Source: an uncultured Actinomycetes bacterium
Lineage (GTDB): Bacteria; Actinomycetota; UBA4738; HRBIN12
NCBI GenBank assembly: GCA_963695975.1
Contig: CAVOIB010000006.1
Span: forward strand, 20,482 to 84,481
Direction of reading: 5' to 3'
Length of the DNA stretch: 64,000 bases
A program made the translations under genes and the position numbers. Of the stretch, positions 26,762 to 35,863 are shown in pieces. The notes beneath the pieces were generated by a model. The model saw nothing but the letters and a program-made list of their open reading frames with translations, did not search any database and was not told where the DNA came from. Each line of letters starts with the position of its first letter. The first letter of the stretch is position 1.

Positions 26762-28825
26762 ATGACCCGCCGGCGAAGTTGGAGGTCCCGCGGGCTGCAC
26801 GCAGCCTCCGCTTGGCTGGTGCGCGCGAGCTACCTGCGCCGATGGATCGTGCTGGGAGCCATCATCGGCGCCGTCGCCGGGATCGGCGCGATCGTCTTCA
26901 CCACGGCGCTGGAGTTAGCGACGCGGTTCTTCCTCGGGTGGATCGGCGGATACACGCCCCCGTCGCCGCTCGGAGAGGGCCTCACCATCGGCTCCGGCGC
27001 CCAGTTCACACGCGGCTGGGCGATCCCGCTCGTCGTGGCGTTCGGGGGACTGCTTTCCGGGATCCTGGTGTTCGGTATCGCTCCTGAAGCAGAGGGGCAC
27101 GGCACCGACGCGGCGATCTCCGCTGTGCATCACAACCCTCGCGGCATCCGAACGCGGGTGGCCCTAGTGAAGATCGTGGCATCGGCGATCACGATCGGAT
27201 CCGGCGGATCGGCCGGTCGCGAAGGTCCAACCGCGCAGATCAGCGCGGGGTTCGGATCGATGCTTTCCCGCTGGCTCGACCTCACGCCGACGGAGGCAAG
27301 GATCGCTGTCACGGTGGGGATCGGTTCAGGGATCGGCGCGATCTTCCGAGCTCCGCTGGGCGGAGCGATCCTCGGCACCGAGATCCTGTTCCGCGATGAC
27401 TTCGAAACGGATGCCCTGATCCCCTCGATCGTCGCCTCGATCGTGGGTTTCGCGATCTTCGCATCCGTCGAGGGATTCTCCCCCATCTTCGGTGTGCTCC
27501 GCGGCTATCGCTTCCGGCACCCCGGTGAACTCGTGTACTTCGCAGCGCTTGGCGTCGCTGCCGGTGTCCTCGGTCGCCTCTACGCCCGCTGGTTCTATGG
27601 CATCACCGACCTGTTCGGACGGATCCGGTTGCCCCGGATGATCCAGCCTGCGATCGGCGGGCTGCTGGTCGGGCTCATGGCCCTCGCCATCCCTCAGGTG
27701 CTGGGCACCGGATATGGCTGGGTGCAGGTGGCCATGGGACCCGGTCTCATGACGCTTCCGCTCTGGATCGTCCTTGCCCTTCCGTTCGCCAAGATCCTCG
27801 CCACCTCTCTGTCGATCGGATCTGGCGGGTCGGGTGGCATCTTCGGACCGGGGATGGTCATCGGGGGTTTCCTCGGGGCGGGCGCCTGGCGGCTGTTGTC
27901 GGGCATGCCTGGGGTACCGCACTCGCCCGCTCCGTTCGTCATCGTCGGCATGATCGCCTGCTTCGGAAGTGTGGCGCACGCCCCGATCGCCGTGATGTTG
28001 ATGGTCGCGGAGATGACAGGGAGTCTGGAGCTCCTGGCGCCCGCCATGTTCGCCGTGGGGTTGGCGACACTGCTCGTGGGAGACACGACCATATACCGGA
28101 GTCAGATCAAGGACCGGACCGCCTCCCCTGCCCATCGCATCCGCTTCGGATTGCCCCTTCTCGCGTCCCTCCCGATCGAGCACGCGATGCGAGCGCCGTC
28201 CGTCAGGCTTACCCCGGAGATGCTCGCAGGGGATACACTCGCACTCCTCCGACGAGCGAACCTTGATGAAGCTCCGGTCTGCGAGGCGGATGGCACGTAC
28301 GTGGGCTCCGTTGGCGTCGCCGACCTGGAGAAGGAAGCCGAAGGATCCGACAAGCGCATCGTCATCTCTTCCAGCGGAGCGGTGCCCCTCGATTCCACGC
28401 TGGAAGGTGCGATGGATGCCCTCGTCACCAACGAGGCAACCTGGTTGCCGGTGCTCGCGCCTGACCACACCCTTGCGGGTGTCGTGGCGACCGGCGACCT
28501 GATCGCAGCGTACCGGCGCGCGCTCGACGAGAGCCTTCGTCGCCTGAGCTCGTCCTTCCGCGATTCGGTGCTGGTCGACGTGGAGGTCGGAGCAAACTCG
28601 GCGCTCATCGGTCGAGCTGCTGCGCCGGGGCTGCCTCCGGGCACGGTCGTCGTGGCGATCCAGCGCGAGGAGCAGATGATCCTTCCATCGGCGGACCCCG
28701 TATTCCAGATCGGCGATATCGTCACGGTCCTGACGCCGGTCGCGCGAGGGTCGGAGGTACGTCGCTCGATCGAGGGGTCGACTTCGAACACCTCTCAGGC
28801 TGACGTCGATCCGCCGATGGTGTGA
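26762..28825 (+). CDS. ClC chloride channel/antiporter with CBS and TrkA-C domains
   Basis: GHGTD, GSAGREGPT, GGSGGIFGP, MVAEMTG; CBS-like and RCK_C-like tail. Confidence 0.9.
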   Translation: MTRRRSWRSRGLHAASAWLVRASYLRRWIVLGAIIGAVAGIGAIVFTTALELATRFFLGWIGGYTPPSPLGEGLTIGSGAQFTRGWAIPLVVAFGGLLSGILVFGIAPEAEGHGTDAAISAVHHNPRGIRTRVALVKIVASAITIGSGGSAGREGPTAQISAGFGSMLSRWLDLTPTEARIAVTVGIGSGIGAIFRAPLGGAILGTEILFRDDFETDALIPSIVASIVGFAIFASVEGFSPIFGVLRGYRFRHPGELVYFAALGVAAGVLGRLYARWFYGITDLFGRIRLPRMIQPAIGGLLVGLMALAIPQVLGTGYGWVQVAMGPGLMTLPLWIVLALPFAKILATSLSIGSGGSGGIFGPGMVIGGFLGAGAWRLLSGMPGVPHSPAPFVIVGMIACFGSVAHAPIAVMLMVAEMTGSLELLAPAMFAVGLATLLVGDTTIYRSQIKDRTASPAHRIRFGLPLLASLPIEHAMRAPSVRLTPEMLAGDTLALLRRANLDEAPVCEADGTYVGSVGVADLEKEAEGSDKRIVISSSGAVPLDSTLEGAMDALVTNEATWLPVLAPDHTLAGVVATGDLIAAYRRALDESLRRLSSSFRDSVLVDVEVGANSALIGRAAAPGLPPGTVVVAIQREEQMILPSADPVFQIGDIVTVLTPVARGSEVRRSIEGSTSNTSQADVDPPMV

Positions 28826-28837
28826 ACGGCGGGGCGT

Positions 28838-30016
28838 CTAGCTGACGCTCAAGTGGATCGGCGGAGCGGACGTGGTCTCGTCGACGCCAGGGTCAGGGGC
28901 GTCCACGTAGATGTTCGCCACGGTGCCACCGTCCAAACGAGGTCGGAGCTCGATCGAGCCGCCCAGGATCTCTGCCAACCTCGTCGCGGCGAAGAGGCCG
29001 AGCCCGAGCCCCGAACTCATCCGCGTCATGGACTGATCGCCTTGCGTGAATGGATCCCACCGCTTCAGGAGATCGACGTCGATCCCCGGACCACGATCCG
29101 CGACGCGGATGAGGAGCCGCCGCCCCTCCCGTTCGACCCCTACCTCAACCGGCTCATCCTGAGGTGAGAACTTCACGGCGTTCTCGATGATGTGCCGAAG
29201 GAGCTGGCTCAACATCTGACGATCACAGACCGCGAGCTCCGCGTGCCGATCGACACGGACGGTCAATCGATCGCGGGGGTTTCGGACGCCCAGCGTGTCG
29301 ATGACGCTATCCAGGAGGTCGCGCGTGACGATCGGTTCGGGTCGGAGGAAGGCGTCGTCGTGCTCCATCACAGCTCCGACCGTCGTCACCAGGTCGGTCA
29401 GGCGCTGGGCTGCGCCGGACAATCCCTGAAGGAGTTGTCCTCCCTCGGGAGAGACCATCCCGTGGAATTCGAGGGTCCTTGCGACCCCTGCGATCACCGT
29501 CAGGGGTGTCCGGAACTCGTGCGAAACCGTTGCGATCACCGCTGCCTTCCTGGTCGCCAGGTCGCGTTGCTCGTTGGCGAGCTCGACCTCCCGGCGAGCA
29601 AGATCTAGCTCCCGCCGGCGCGCGGCCTGGACCCGCTGGACCAACGCGGCCGTAACGATCCCGATGACGACGAACGTCAGGCCCCGTCCCAGCCAAACGC
29701 TTTGGGGCTGCGGGACCGCCATCTTCACGTCGAGCGGCATCATGGGACCTGCCAGGATCGCCGCCGCGATCGCCGTGAGGATCGCTCCGCGATACTGGAA
29801 CCGGGCGGCAGCGGGCAAGACCATCAGCGCGAACCACCCGGGCGCGACCGAAGAAGCGCCTCCCAAGCGGAACGTGATCACGTAGCAGAACAACAGCCCG
29901 AGCGCGACCAGGGTTCCCGCGAGGTACGCGGGGACCCGCGGACCCAGCAGGAGGAAGGTGTCTGTCCAGCGGCCCGAACGGTCCTCGACCAGCGCAGCGT
30001 TGGGCTCCGTTGCCAT
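28838..30016 (-). CDS. Membrane sensor histidine kinase (no adjacent response regulator)
   Basis: VSHEFRTPLT (H box), ENAVKFS, DRGPGI, GLGLGL. Confidence 0.9.
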   Translation of the reverse strand: MATEPNAALVEDRSGRWTDTFLLLGPRVPAYLAGTLVALGLLFCYVITFRLGGASSVAPGWFALMVLPAAARFQYRGAILTAIAAAILAGPMMPLDVKMAVPQPQSVWLGRGLTFVVIGIVTAALVQRVQAARRRELDLARREVELANEQRDLATRKAAVIATVSHEFRTPLTVIAGVARTLEFHGMVSPEGGQLLQGLSGAAQRLTDLVTTVGAVMEHDDAFLRPEPIVTRDLLDSVIDTLGVRNPRDRLTVRVDRHAELAVCDRQMLSQLLRHIIENAVKFSPQDEPVEVGVEREGRRLLIRVADRGPGIDVDLLKRWDPFTQGDQSMTRMSSGLGLGLFAATRLAEILGGSIELRPRLDGGTVANIYVDAPDPGVDETTSAPPIHLSVS

Positions 30017-30111
30017 CCCTCTCCCATCGGACGAGCCAGGCGACGGCTTGAACGAGACTCCTCTAGGTTCGCTCTGACCGACCGGGACTGTCCGCTGAGC
30101 AACCATCTTGG

Positions 30112-30151
30112 ACAGCTGGGAAGGCCTTGGAAAGGAACAGCTGGGAAGGCC
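30112..30151. repeat. 15-bp direct repeat, 25-bp period
   Basis: ACAGCTGGGAAGGCC at 30112 and 30137, upstream of the histidine kinase. Confidence 0.75.
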
Positions 30152-30172
30152 CTTGACAGACCGCCGCGCCGA

Positions 30173-30926
30173 TCAAAGCACCTGAGTCACGTCGCGGATC
30201 AACGCGACGAGTGAGACGAGCGTCACGCCGAGGAGCGCGGCTCGCCCGAGCCACACGATCGGCGTGGATCGCCAGAGGCCGGCCACCTCAGGCGCCAACC
30301 GATGGATGACGAACAGCATCGGCATCGCGGCGGTGATCACGAGCCCGAACGGTCCGGCGAGTGCCAACAGGATCAACGGAACGAGACCTACCAAGAACAT
30401 GCGCGACCCATCGGGACCGGCTTCGCTATTCAATCGGCGTTCGATCGAGCGGCTCATCGCCACGCCGTAGATCGCGGGAAGGACGATGAACATCACGATG
30501 GCCATTGGAAGCGGTTCTAAGAGCGTGAAGTCGATCCCGCCCGGTCTGATCACGGCGGCGCCGCCGGCGATCCCCCCGAAGATCCCCGTGAGTCCCGCCC
30601 GCCACGCGAAGGGGAGCCAGGACCGCACCGCCAGATAGAAGAGTCCCCCGAGCACCCCCAATGCGCAGGTCGCGATCAAGAGGAACAAGGTGGACGCGCT
30701 GAACACGCCGATCGTGAACCCGTCGTCGGTCTCCGTACCTTTCAGTGATGGGTCCGACGTGAGCCGCAGGACGAACATCGCGAGCTCGCCCGCCAACCCC
30801 ACCGATGAGGCCACCCATCGCCAGACCCGCCACGACGGCCGCCGACAGCCGGCGAGCCGAGGTCGCGAGATCCAGCTGCCAGCTCGACCCCGAGACGGCG
30901 CTCTCGACACCTGCAGCCGGTGGCAC
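30173..30926 (-). pseudogene. Multi-TM membrane protein split by a 1-nt frameshift near 30786 (or a sequencing error)
   Basis: MPPAAG...GGLIGGVGG in one frame continues as LAMFVLRLTSDP... in another. Confidence 0.65.
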
Positions 30927-30932
30927 CAGGAC

Positions 30933-31757
30933 CTATGCCATCGCTTCTTCGAGGGCGCGGCGGACCAGAACCTTGGCGAGCTCTCGGCGGTACTCGGCGC
31001 TGCCGAACGCGTCTGACGGCGGGCTCGTCCCCTCGTCGGCGCGCGCGGCCGCGGCGGCCGGATCCGAGCCGCCGCCGAGCGCCTCTTCCACGCCGGCTGC
31101 GCGCAGCGGCGTCTCCCCCATGTTGGTGAGTGCGACATGCGCGGCACCGTTAGACCGAACCGCGGCCACGCCGACCAGCGCCCAGTCCTGCGCGCGACGG
31201 TGGAACTTGATGTAGCTCCACCCAACGTCGTTCATCACCGGCACGCGCACCTCGACGAGCACCTCGTTCTCGGCGAGGTCCGGCGTGAACAACCCTTTGA
31301 AGAAGTCGCCGGCCGCCACGGTGCGCGACGCCCCACCGGCGCCGCGGACCACGAACTCCGCGCCGAGCGCCACCATCACGGTAGGCATGTCGGACGCCGG
31401 ATCCGCGTGGGCGATCGAGCCTCCGATCGTGCCCATATGACGCACCTGCGGGTCACCGATCTCACCCGCGGTGTGCGCCACGATCGGGCAGAGCTCCTGA
31501 AGCGTCTCGCTGTTGGCCACGTCGTGATGCCGGGCGAGCGCACCGATCGCGACCACGTCGTTGTCTTGCCGGATGTAGCCCAGGTCGCCGATCCGCCCGA
31601 TGTCCACCAGGGTCGAAGGCCGGGCTAGGCGGAGCTTCATCAGCGGCAGCAACGAGTGCCCGCCGGCCAGGATCTTCGCGTGCTCGTCGGCGGACAACAG
31701 CTCGATCGCGTGGTCGACGCTCTCGGCCCGCACGTACTCGAACGCTGCCGGGATCAT
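30933..31757 (-). CDS. Molybdo-hydroxylase FAD subunit (CoxM/CutM-like), form II cluster
   Basis: MIPAAFEY, ILAGGHSLLPLMKLRLA, QVRHMGTIGGS. Confidence 0.9.
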   Translation of the reverse strand: MIPAAFEYVRAESVDHAIELLSADEHAKILAGGHSLLPLMKLRLARPSTLVDIGRIGDLGYIRQDNDVVAIGALARHHDVANSETLQELCPIVAHTAGEIGDPQVRHMGTIGGSIAHADPASDMPTVMVALGAEFVVRGAGGASRTVAAGDFFKGLFTPDLAENEVLVEVRVPVMNDVGWSYIKFHRRAQDWALVGVAAVRSNGAAHVALTNMGETPLRAAGVEEALGGGSDPAAAAARADEGTSPPSDAFGSAEYRRELAKVLVRRALEEAMA

Positions 31758-34117
31758 GCGCCACCTCCCCGTGCGTCGCGGATCGCTCGCCAGACGCGCT
31801 CGGGCGTCGCCGGCTTGCCGATGTCGGTGACCCCGAGGTGACTCACGGCATCGATGACCGCGTTGACGACCGCCGGCGGCGCCGCGATGGTCCCGGCCTC
31901 GCCGATCCCCTTCACCCCGAGCCCGTTGGTCGTCGAAGGCGTGACGGTCCGGTCGAGGATGAACTCGGGCATCTCCACGGCCGACGGCACGAGGTACTGC
32001 GTCATCGAAGACGACATCAGGTTGCCCCGTTCGTCGTAGACCGCTTCCTCGTAGAGCGCTTCCGCGATGCCCTGCGCGACCCCCCCGTGCACCATCCCGT
32101 CCACGATCATCGGGTTGATCACGTTGCCGCAATCGTCCACGGCCACGTAGCGGAGGATGTCCGTGGCGCCGGTCTCGGTGTCGACCTCGACGACACAGAC
32201 GTGCGTTCCCGCCGGCCAGGTGAAGTTGGGCGGATCGAAGGCCGCCGTTCCCTCCAGCATCGGCTCGACGCCCGAGGGTAGGTCGTGCGCGTGCCAGGCC
32301 GATGCGGCAAGCTCCGGGATCGTCCGGGCCTTGTCCGGCGCACCCTTCACTCGGAACGCCCCGTCGACCCACTCGAGGTCATCTTGGGATACCTCGAGCT
32401 CGTGAGCTGCGATCGTGGCGGCCTTCTCGCGCACCCGCTCCACGGCCCGGCGCAGGGCTTCGCCACCCACCGCCGCGGAGCGCGACCCGTAGGTGTCCAT
32501 GCCCATCCTCGACACGGCCGTGTCTCCATGAAGCACGTCAACGTCTTCGGGCGTGACGCCCAGACCATCGGCGACGATCTGCGACCACGACGTCGCGTGC
32601 CCCTGTCCGTGCGGCGAGGTCCCGGTCCGCACGACGACCCTCCCGTCGGGACGACACTCGACCTCGGCCGCGTCCCACCCTCCGGCGGCGTAGCGGAGCG
32701 CTCCGAGGATGTTGGAGGGAGCCAGTCCGCACATCTCGATGTAGCTGGAGAGCCCGATCCCGATCTGCTTCACGTCGCCCGACTCACGCCGCGCGGTCTG
32801 CTCCTTGCGGAACTGCTGGTAGTCCACGAGCTCCAGGGCCCGACCGAACGTGGGCTCGTAGTTCCCGGAGTCCAAGTTCAGGCCCATGAGCGACGGCGTC
32901 GCCTCGTCGAACGGCGGGTGAAGATTCATCCGGCGCACCTCGGCCGGATCCTTGCCGATCTTGCGGGCGAACGCATCCACGAGCCGCTCGATCACGTACG
33001 TCGCCTCGGGCCGACCGGCCCCGCGGTACGCGTCGGTCGGCGTGGCGTTCGTCATGATGCCGGTGAACTCGTACCAGTAGGCCTCGGTCGCGTACGGGCC
33101 CATGTAGACCCATCCGCCCAACTCGGGGATCCCCGGCGTGAGCAGCTGGAAGTACGCGCCCATGTCGGCCAGCTCGACGAACTTCATCCCGAGGATCTTC
33201 CCGTCCTCGGTGCCTGCGAGCGTGCAGTCGTGGAGCACGCCTCGTCCGTGGATCGTCGCCACGTAGTTCTCTTGACGGCTCTCGATCCACTTGATGGGGC
33301 GGCCGAGGTTGCGCGTGAGAGCAAGCGCGAGCGCCTCCTCCGCGTATACGTCCAGCTTCGAACCGAAACCTCCCCCAACGTCTGGCGCGATGATGCGGAG
33401 CTTCGACTGCGGGATGCCGGTCGCGATGGAGAGTCCTACGCGACAGATGTGCGGGATCTGCGTGGCTGAAACCAAGGTGAACTCGCCGGCGGCGGGGATC
33501 CCGTACGCGAGGCACCCGCGTGGCTCGATGGCGTTGGGGATGAGTCGCGGCTGCGTGTAGCGCTCTTGCACGATCACCGGCGCCGACTCGAAGATCGATT
33601 GGTCCCCGGCTCCTCCGTGGCTCCAATGCACGACCTTGTTGGTTCCGAGGTCCTCATGGATCACCACCTCGTCCTTGGCCGCTTCCTCCAGATCGAGGAC
33701 GACCGGGAGCGCGGTGGCCTCCACGACGACGGCCTCCGCCGCATCCTCGGCCTGCTCGCGCGTCTCGGCGACGACCACCGCCACGGCGTCTCCCCCGAAC
33801 CGGATCTTGTCCTTCGTGAGCGGCCAGTGGGTGGGCACCTTGATGTCCTCGGTGATCGGCCACACCATCGGCAGGCTCGCGGGGAAGGCGTCCTCCAGGT
33901 CCGCCGCGGTGAGAACGGTGATCACGCCGGGCATCGACTTCGCGGCCGATGTGTCGATCCCATCGATCCGGGCGTGTACGTGGGGCGGGCGAACCAGCTC
34001 CATCCAGGCCATCCCCGCCATCGTCTGGTTATCGACGAAGGTGCCTTGTCCCGTCAGCAGCTTGGCGTCTTCTTTGCGGAGGACGGAGGATCCGATGTAG
34101 CTCTCGGTAGCGACCAT
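31754..34117 (-). CDS. Molybdopterin-binding large subunit, form II CoxL-like
   Basis: AYRGAGR at 33011..33031; DVGGGFGSK, HGQGH, KGIGEAG. Confidence 0.92.
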   Translation of the reverse strand: MVATESYIGSSVLRKEDAKLLTGQGTFVDNQTMAGMAWMELVRPPHVHARIDGIDTSAAKSMPGVITVLTAADLEDAFPASLPMVWPITEDIKVPTHWPLTKDKIRFGGDAVAVVVAETREQAEDAAEAVVVEATALPVVLDLEEAAKDEVVIHEDLGTNKVVHWSHGGAGDQSIFESAPVIVQERYTQPRLIPNAIEPRGCLAYGIPAAGEFTLVSATQIPHICRVGLSIATGIPQSKLRIIAPDVGGGFGSKLDVYAEEALALALTRNLGRPIKWIESRQENYVATIHGRGVLHDCTLAGTEDGKILGMKFVELADMGAYFQLLTPGIPELGGWVYMGPYATEAYWYEFTGIMTNATPTDAYRGAGRPEATYVIERLVDAFARKIGKDPAEVRRMNLHPPFDEATPSLMGLNLDSGNYEPTFGRALELVDYQQFRKEQTARRESGDVKQIGIGLSSYIEMCGLAPSNILGALRYAAGGWDAAEVECRPDGRVVVRTGTSPHGQGHATSWSQIVADGLGVTPEDVDVLHGDTAVSRMGMDTYGSRSAAVGGEALRRAVERVREKAATIAAHELEVSQDDLEWVDGAFRVKGAPDKARTIPELAASAWHAHDLPSGVEPMLEGTAAFDPPNFTWPAGTHVCVVEVDTETGATDILRYVAVDDCGNVINPMIVDGMVHGGVAQGIAEALYEEAVYDERGNLMSSSMTQYLVPSAVEMPEFILDRTVTPSTTNGLGVKGIGEAGTIAAPPAVVNAVIDAVSHLGVTDIGKPATPERVWRAIRDARGGGA

Positions 34118-34127
34118 CGATACCCCC

Positions 34128-34604
34128 TCAGGCCTTCGCGCCGCTCATGGATCCGGCGGCGTCGAGGATCGACTTGACGATGTTGTGGTAGCCGGTGCAA
34201 CGACAGAGATTCCCCTCCAGGGACTCCCGAACGTCTTCCTCGGTCGGTGTCGGGTTCTCCTTCAGGTAGCTCGCCGCGGCCATGATCATGCCGGGGGTGC
34301 AATAGCCGCATTGCAGTCCGTGGTTGCGATGGAAGGCGTCCTGGAGCGGGTGCATCTCTTCGCCCGATGCCATGCCCTCGATCGTCGTGATCTCGCGTCC
34401 GTCGGCCTGCGCCGCGAGGAGCGTGCACGACTTGACCGACTCGCCGTCGAGCAGCACGGTGCAACTGCCGCACGATGAGGTGTCACATCCCACGTTGGTG
34501 CCGGTGAGTCCGAGGGTCTCTCGGATGAGGTAGACGAGGAGCGTTCGAGGTTCGACGTCCGCCTCGCGCTTCACCCCGTTCACGGTGACGGCGACGTTCG
34601 TCAC
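34128..34604 (-). CDS. 2Fe-2S small subunit (CoxS/CutS-like), form II cluster
   Basis: [29 protein letters not shown]. Confidence 0.92.
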   Translation of the reverse strand: MTNVAVTVNGVKREADVEPRTLLVYLIRETLGLTGTNVGCDTSSCGSCTVLLDGESVKSCTLLAAQADGREITTIEGMASGEEMHPLQDAFHRNHGLQCGYCTPGMIMAAASYLKENPTPTEEDVRESLEGNLCRCTGYHNIVKSILDAAGSMSGAKA

Positions 34605-34693
34605 AAGTGACTCCTTTCGGACCGGAGCGGCAGGGGCCGTTCGATAGCGCCGGAGTGTAGTCCTGCCCGTCAGAACGCGCGAACCGAGGTGCG

Positions 34694-34927
34694 CTACTCG
34701 TCGTACGGACCTTCGCGGGGAGAGACCTGACCGATGCCCCGGAACCAGCCGAGAGCACCACCGATCAGTGCGCCGATGAAGGCACCGATGCCCACGGAGA
34801 GGCTTGTGCCTGCACTCCCGAAGACGAGCCCGACGAGCAGACCGATCCCCGCTCCGACCGCGAGGCCGATCAACGCCCCCATCGCCATCCGGGCGGCCAT
34901 GCCACCTGTCTCTTCCTCGAACGACAT
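34694..34927 (-). CDS. Small Gly-rich two-TM protein
   Basis: [17 protein letters not shown]...[10 protein letters not shown]; AGGAG RBS. Confidence 0.65.
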   Translation of the reverse strand: MSFEEETGGMAARMAMGALIGLAVGAGIGLLVGLVFGSAGTSLSVGIGAFIGALIGGALGWFRGIGQVSPREGPYDE

Positions 34928-34928
34928 G

Positions 34929-35186
34929 TCAGCTCCTCGGTTCGTCGCCGGGATCCGGACTGTCCAGACTCGACATCCCCATCACCAACGCGCCCACCCC
35001 GGCCCCGAAGATCAGGCCCACCAGGAGGAAGACCAGCTCCCATCCGCTCGTGAAGCCGTAGAACACGCCACCCAAGATCGCGCCGAGGACCGCCCCGGCC
35101 GCCCCGCCGATGAGGAGCCCGCCGACCGTCCGCCGGCCCACTCGTCCCTCGGCCCCGCGTTCGCGTCTGTCGTTCGAGCCCTGCAT
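34929..35186 (-). CDS. Small Gly-rich two-TM protein (tandem with the previous gene)
   Basis: GLLIGGAAGAVLGAILG...GLIFGAGVGALV. Confidence 0.65.
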   Translation of the reverse strand: MQGSNDRRERGAEGRVGRRTVGGLLIGGAAGAVLGAILGGVFYGFTSGWELVFLLVGLIFGAGVGALVMGMSSLDSPDPGDEPRS

Positions 35187-35272
35187 CTTGGATCTCCAGT
35201 CCGCTGAGAGGAGGCATCGTATCCCGACCACGCGGAGGTCGGTGCAGACTCAAGGGAAGAGCGGAGTGTTGG

Positions 35273-35779
35273 CTACCAGCTGTGATCGTTCGCGGCCATC
35301 GCCGCCGCGCCCGTGCAGGCGGAGCCGGTGCCATAGGCGGGGAGACCCATCGCTGAGAGCTTGACCCAGTAACAGGTCCCCGACGGTCCGAGTACGGCGG
35401 CAGCCCATGCAGCTTGGCTGGATGCCACACTGACTACGGTGCCCGACGTCGAAGGTCCCGTCGTGTAGGTGAGCGTCGGATCCAGCAGGGACAATTGGTC
35501 GGGACCGACCGTGCCGTACCCGTTGGAAGCCTGGTACGCAGCCGATGCGGCCGACATCGCGATCCGCGCGTTCATCTTCGCCTGGATGTCCTGCGCCCGG
35601 TCTACCTGTTGCACGACCGAGACCTGATCGCTCGCGACCTCCTTGCCGCTCGCTCCCACGAACTGGAGGTACAGGGCAGCCACGGCGAACACCAGCACGA
35701 TGACGACGCCTCCCCACAGGAGCGTCCTCCCGTCGAGGCGGGGCCCACGCGAGGGCTTCCCCAGATTGAACGAGTCCAT
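35273..35779 (-). CDS. Single-TM protein with pilin-like globular domain (paralog of 8877..9377)
   Basis: TM LLWGGVVIVLVFAVAALYL; DRAQDIQAKMNARIA; WAAAV...GTCYWVK...ACTG..A...W. Confidence 0.6.
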   Translation of the reverse strand: MDSFNLGKPSRGPRLDGRTLLWGGVVIVLVFAVAALYLQFVGASGKEVASDQVSVVQQVDRAQDIQAKMNARIAMSAASAAYQASNGYGTVGPDQLSLLDPTLTYTTGPSTSGTVVSVASSQAAWAAAVLGPSGTCYWVKLSAMGLPAYGTGSACTGAAAMAANDHSW

Positions 35780-35863
35780 CTCCCATGCATCGACCGTCGT
35801 CGGCAGCCTCTTGAAGACGGCGTCGGTGTCGCTCGTTCTCGAGGGCTCCCGTACCATCGAGGG

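Noticed and set aside
31754-34117. Calling this a second true CO dehydrogenase
   Set aside because: AYRGAGR lacks the Cu-ligating Cys and the gene order is S-L-M; the substrate is unknown.
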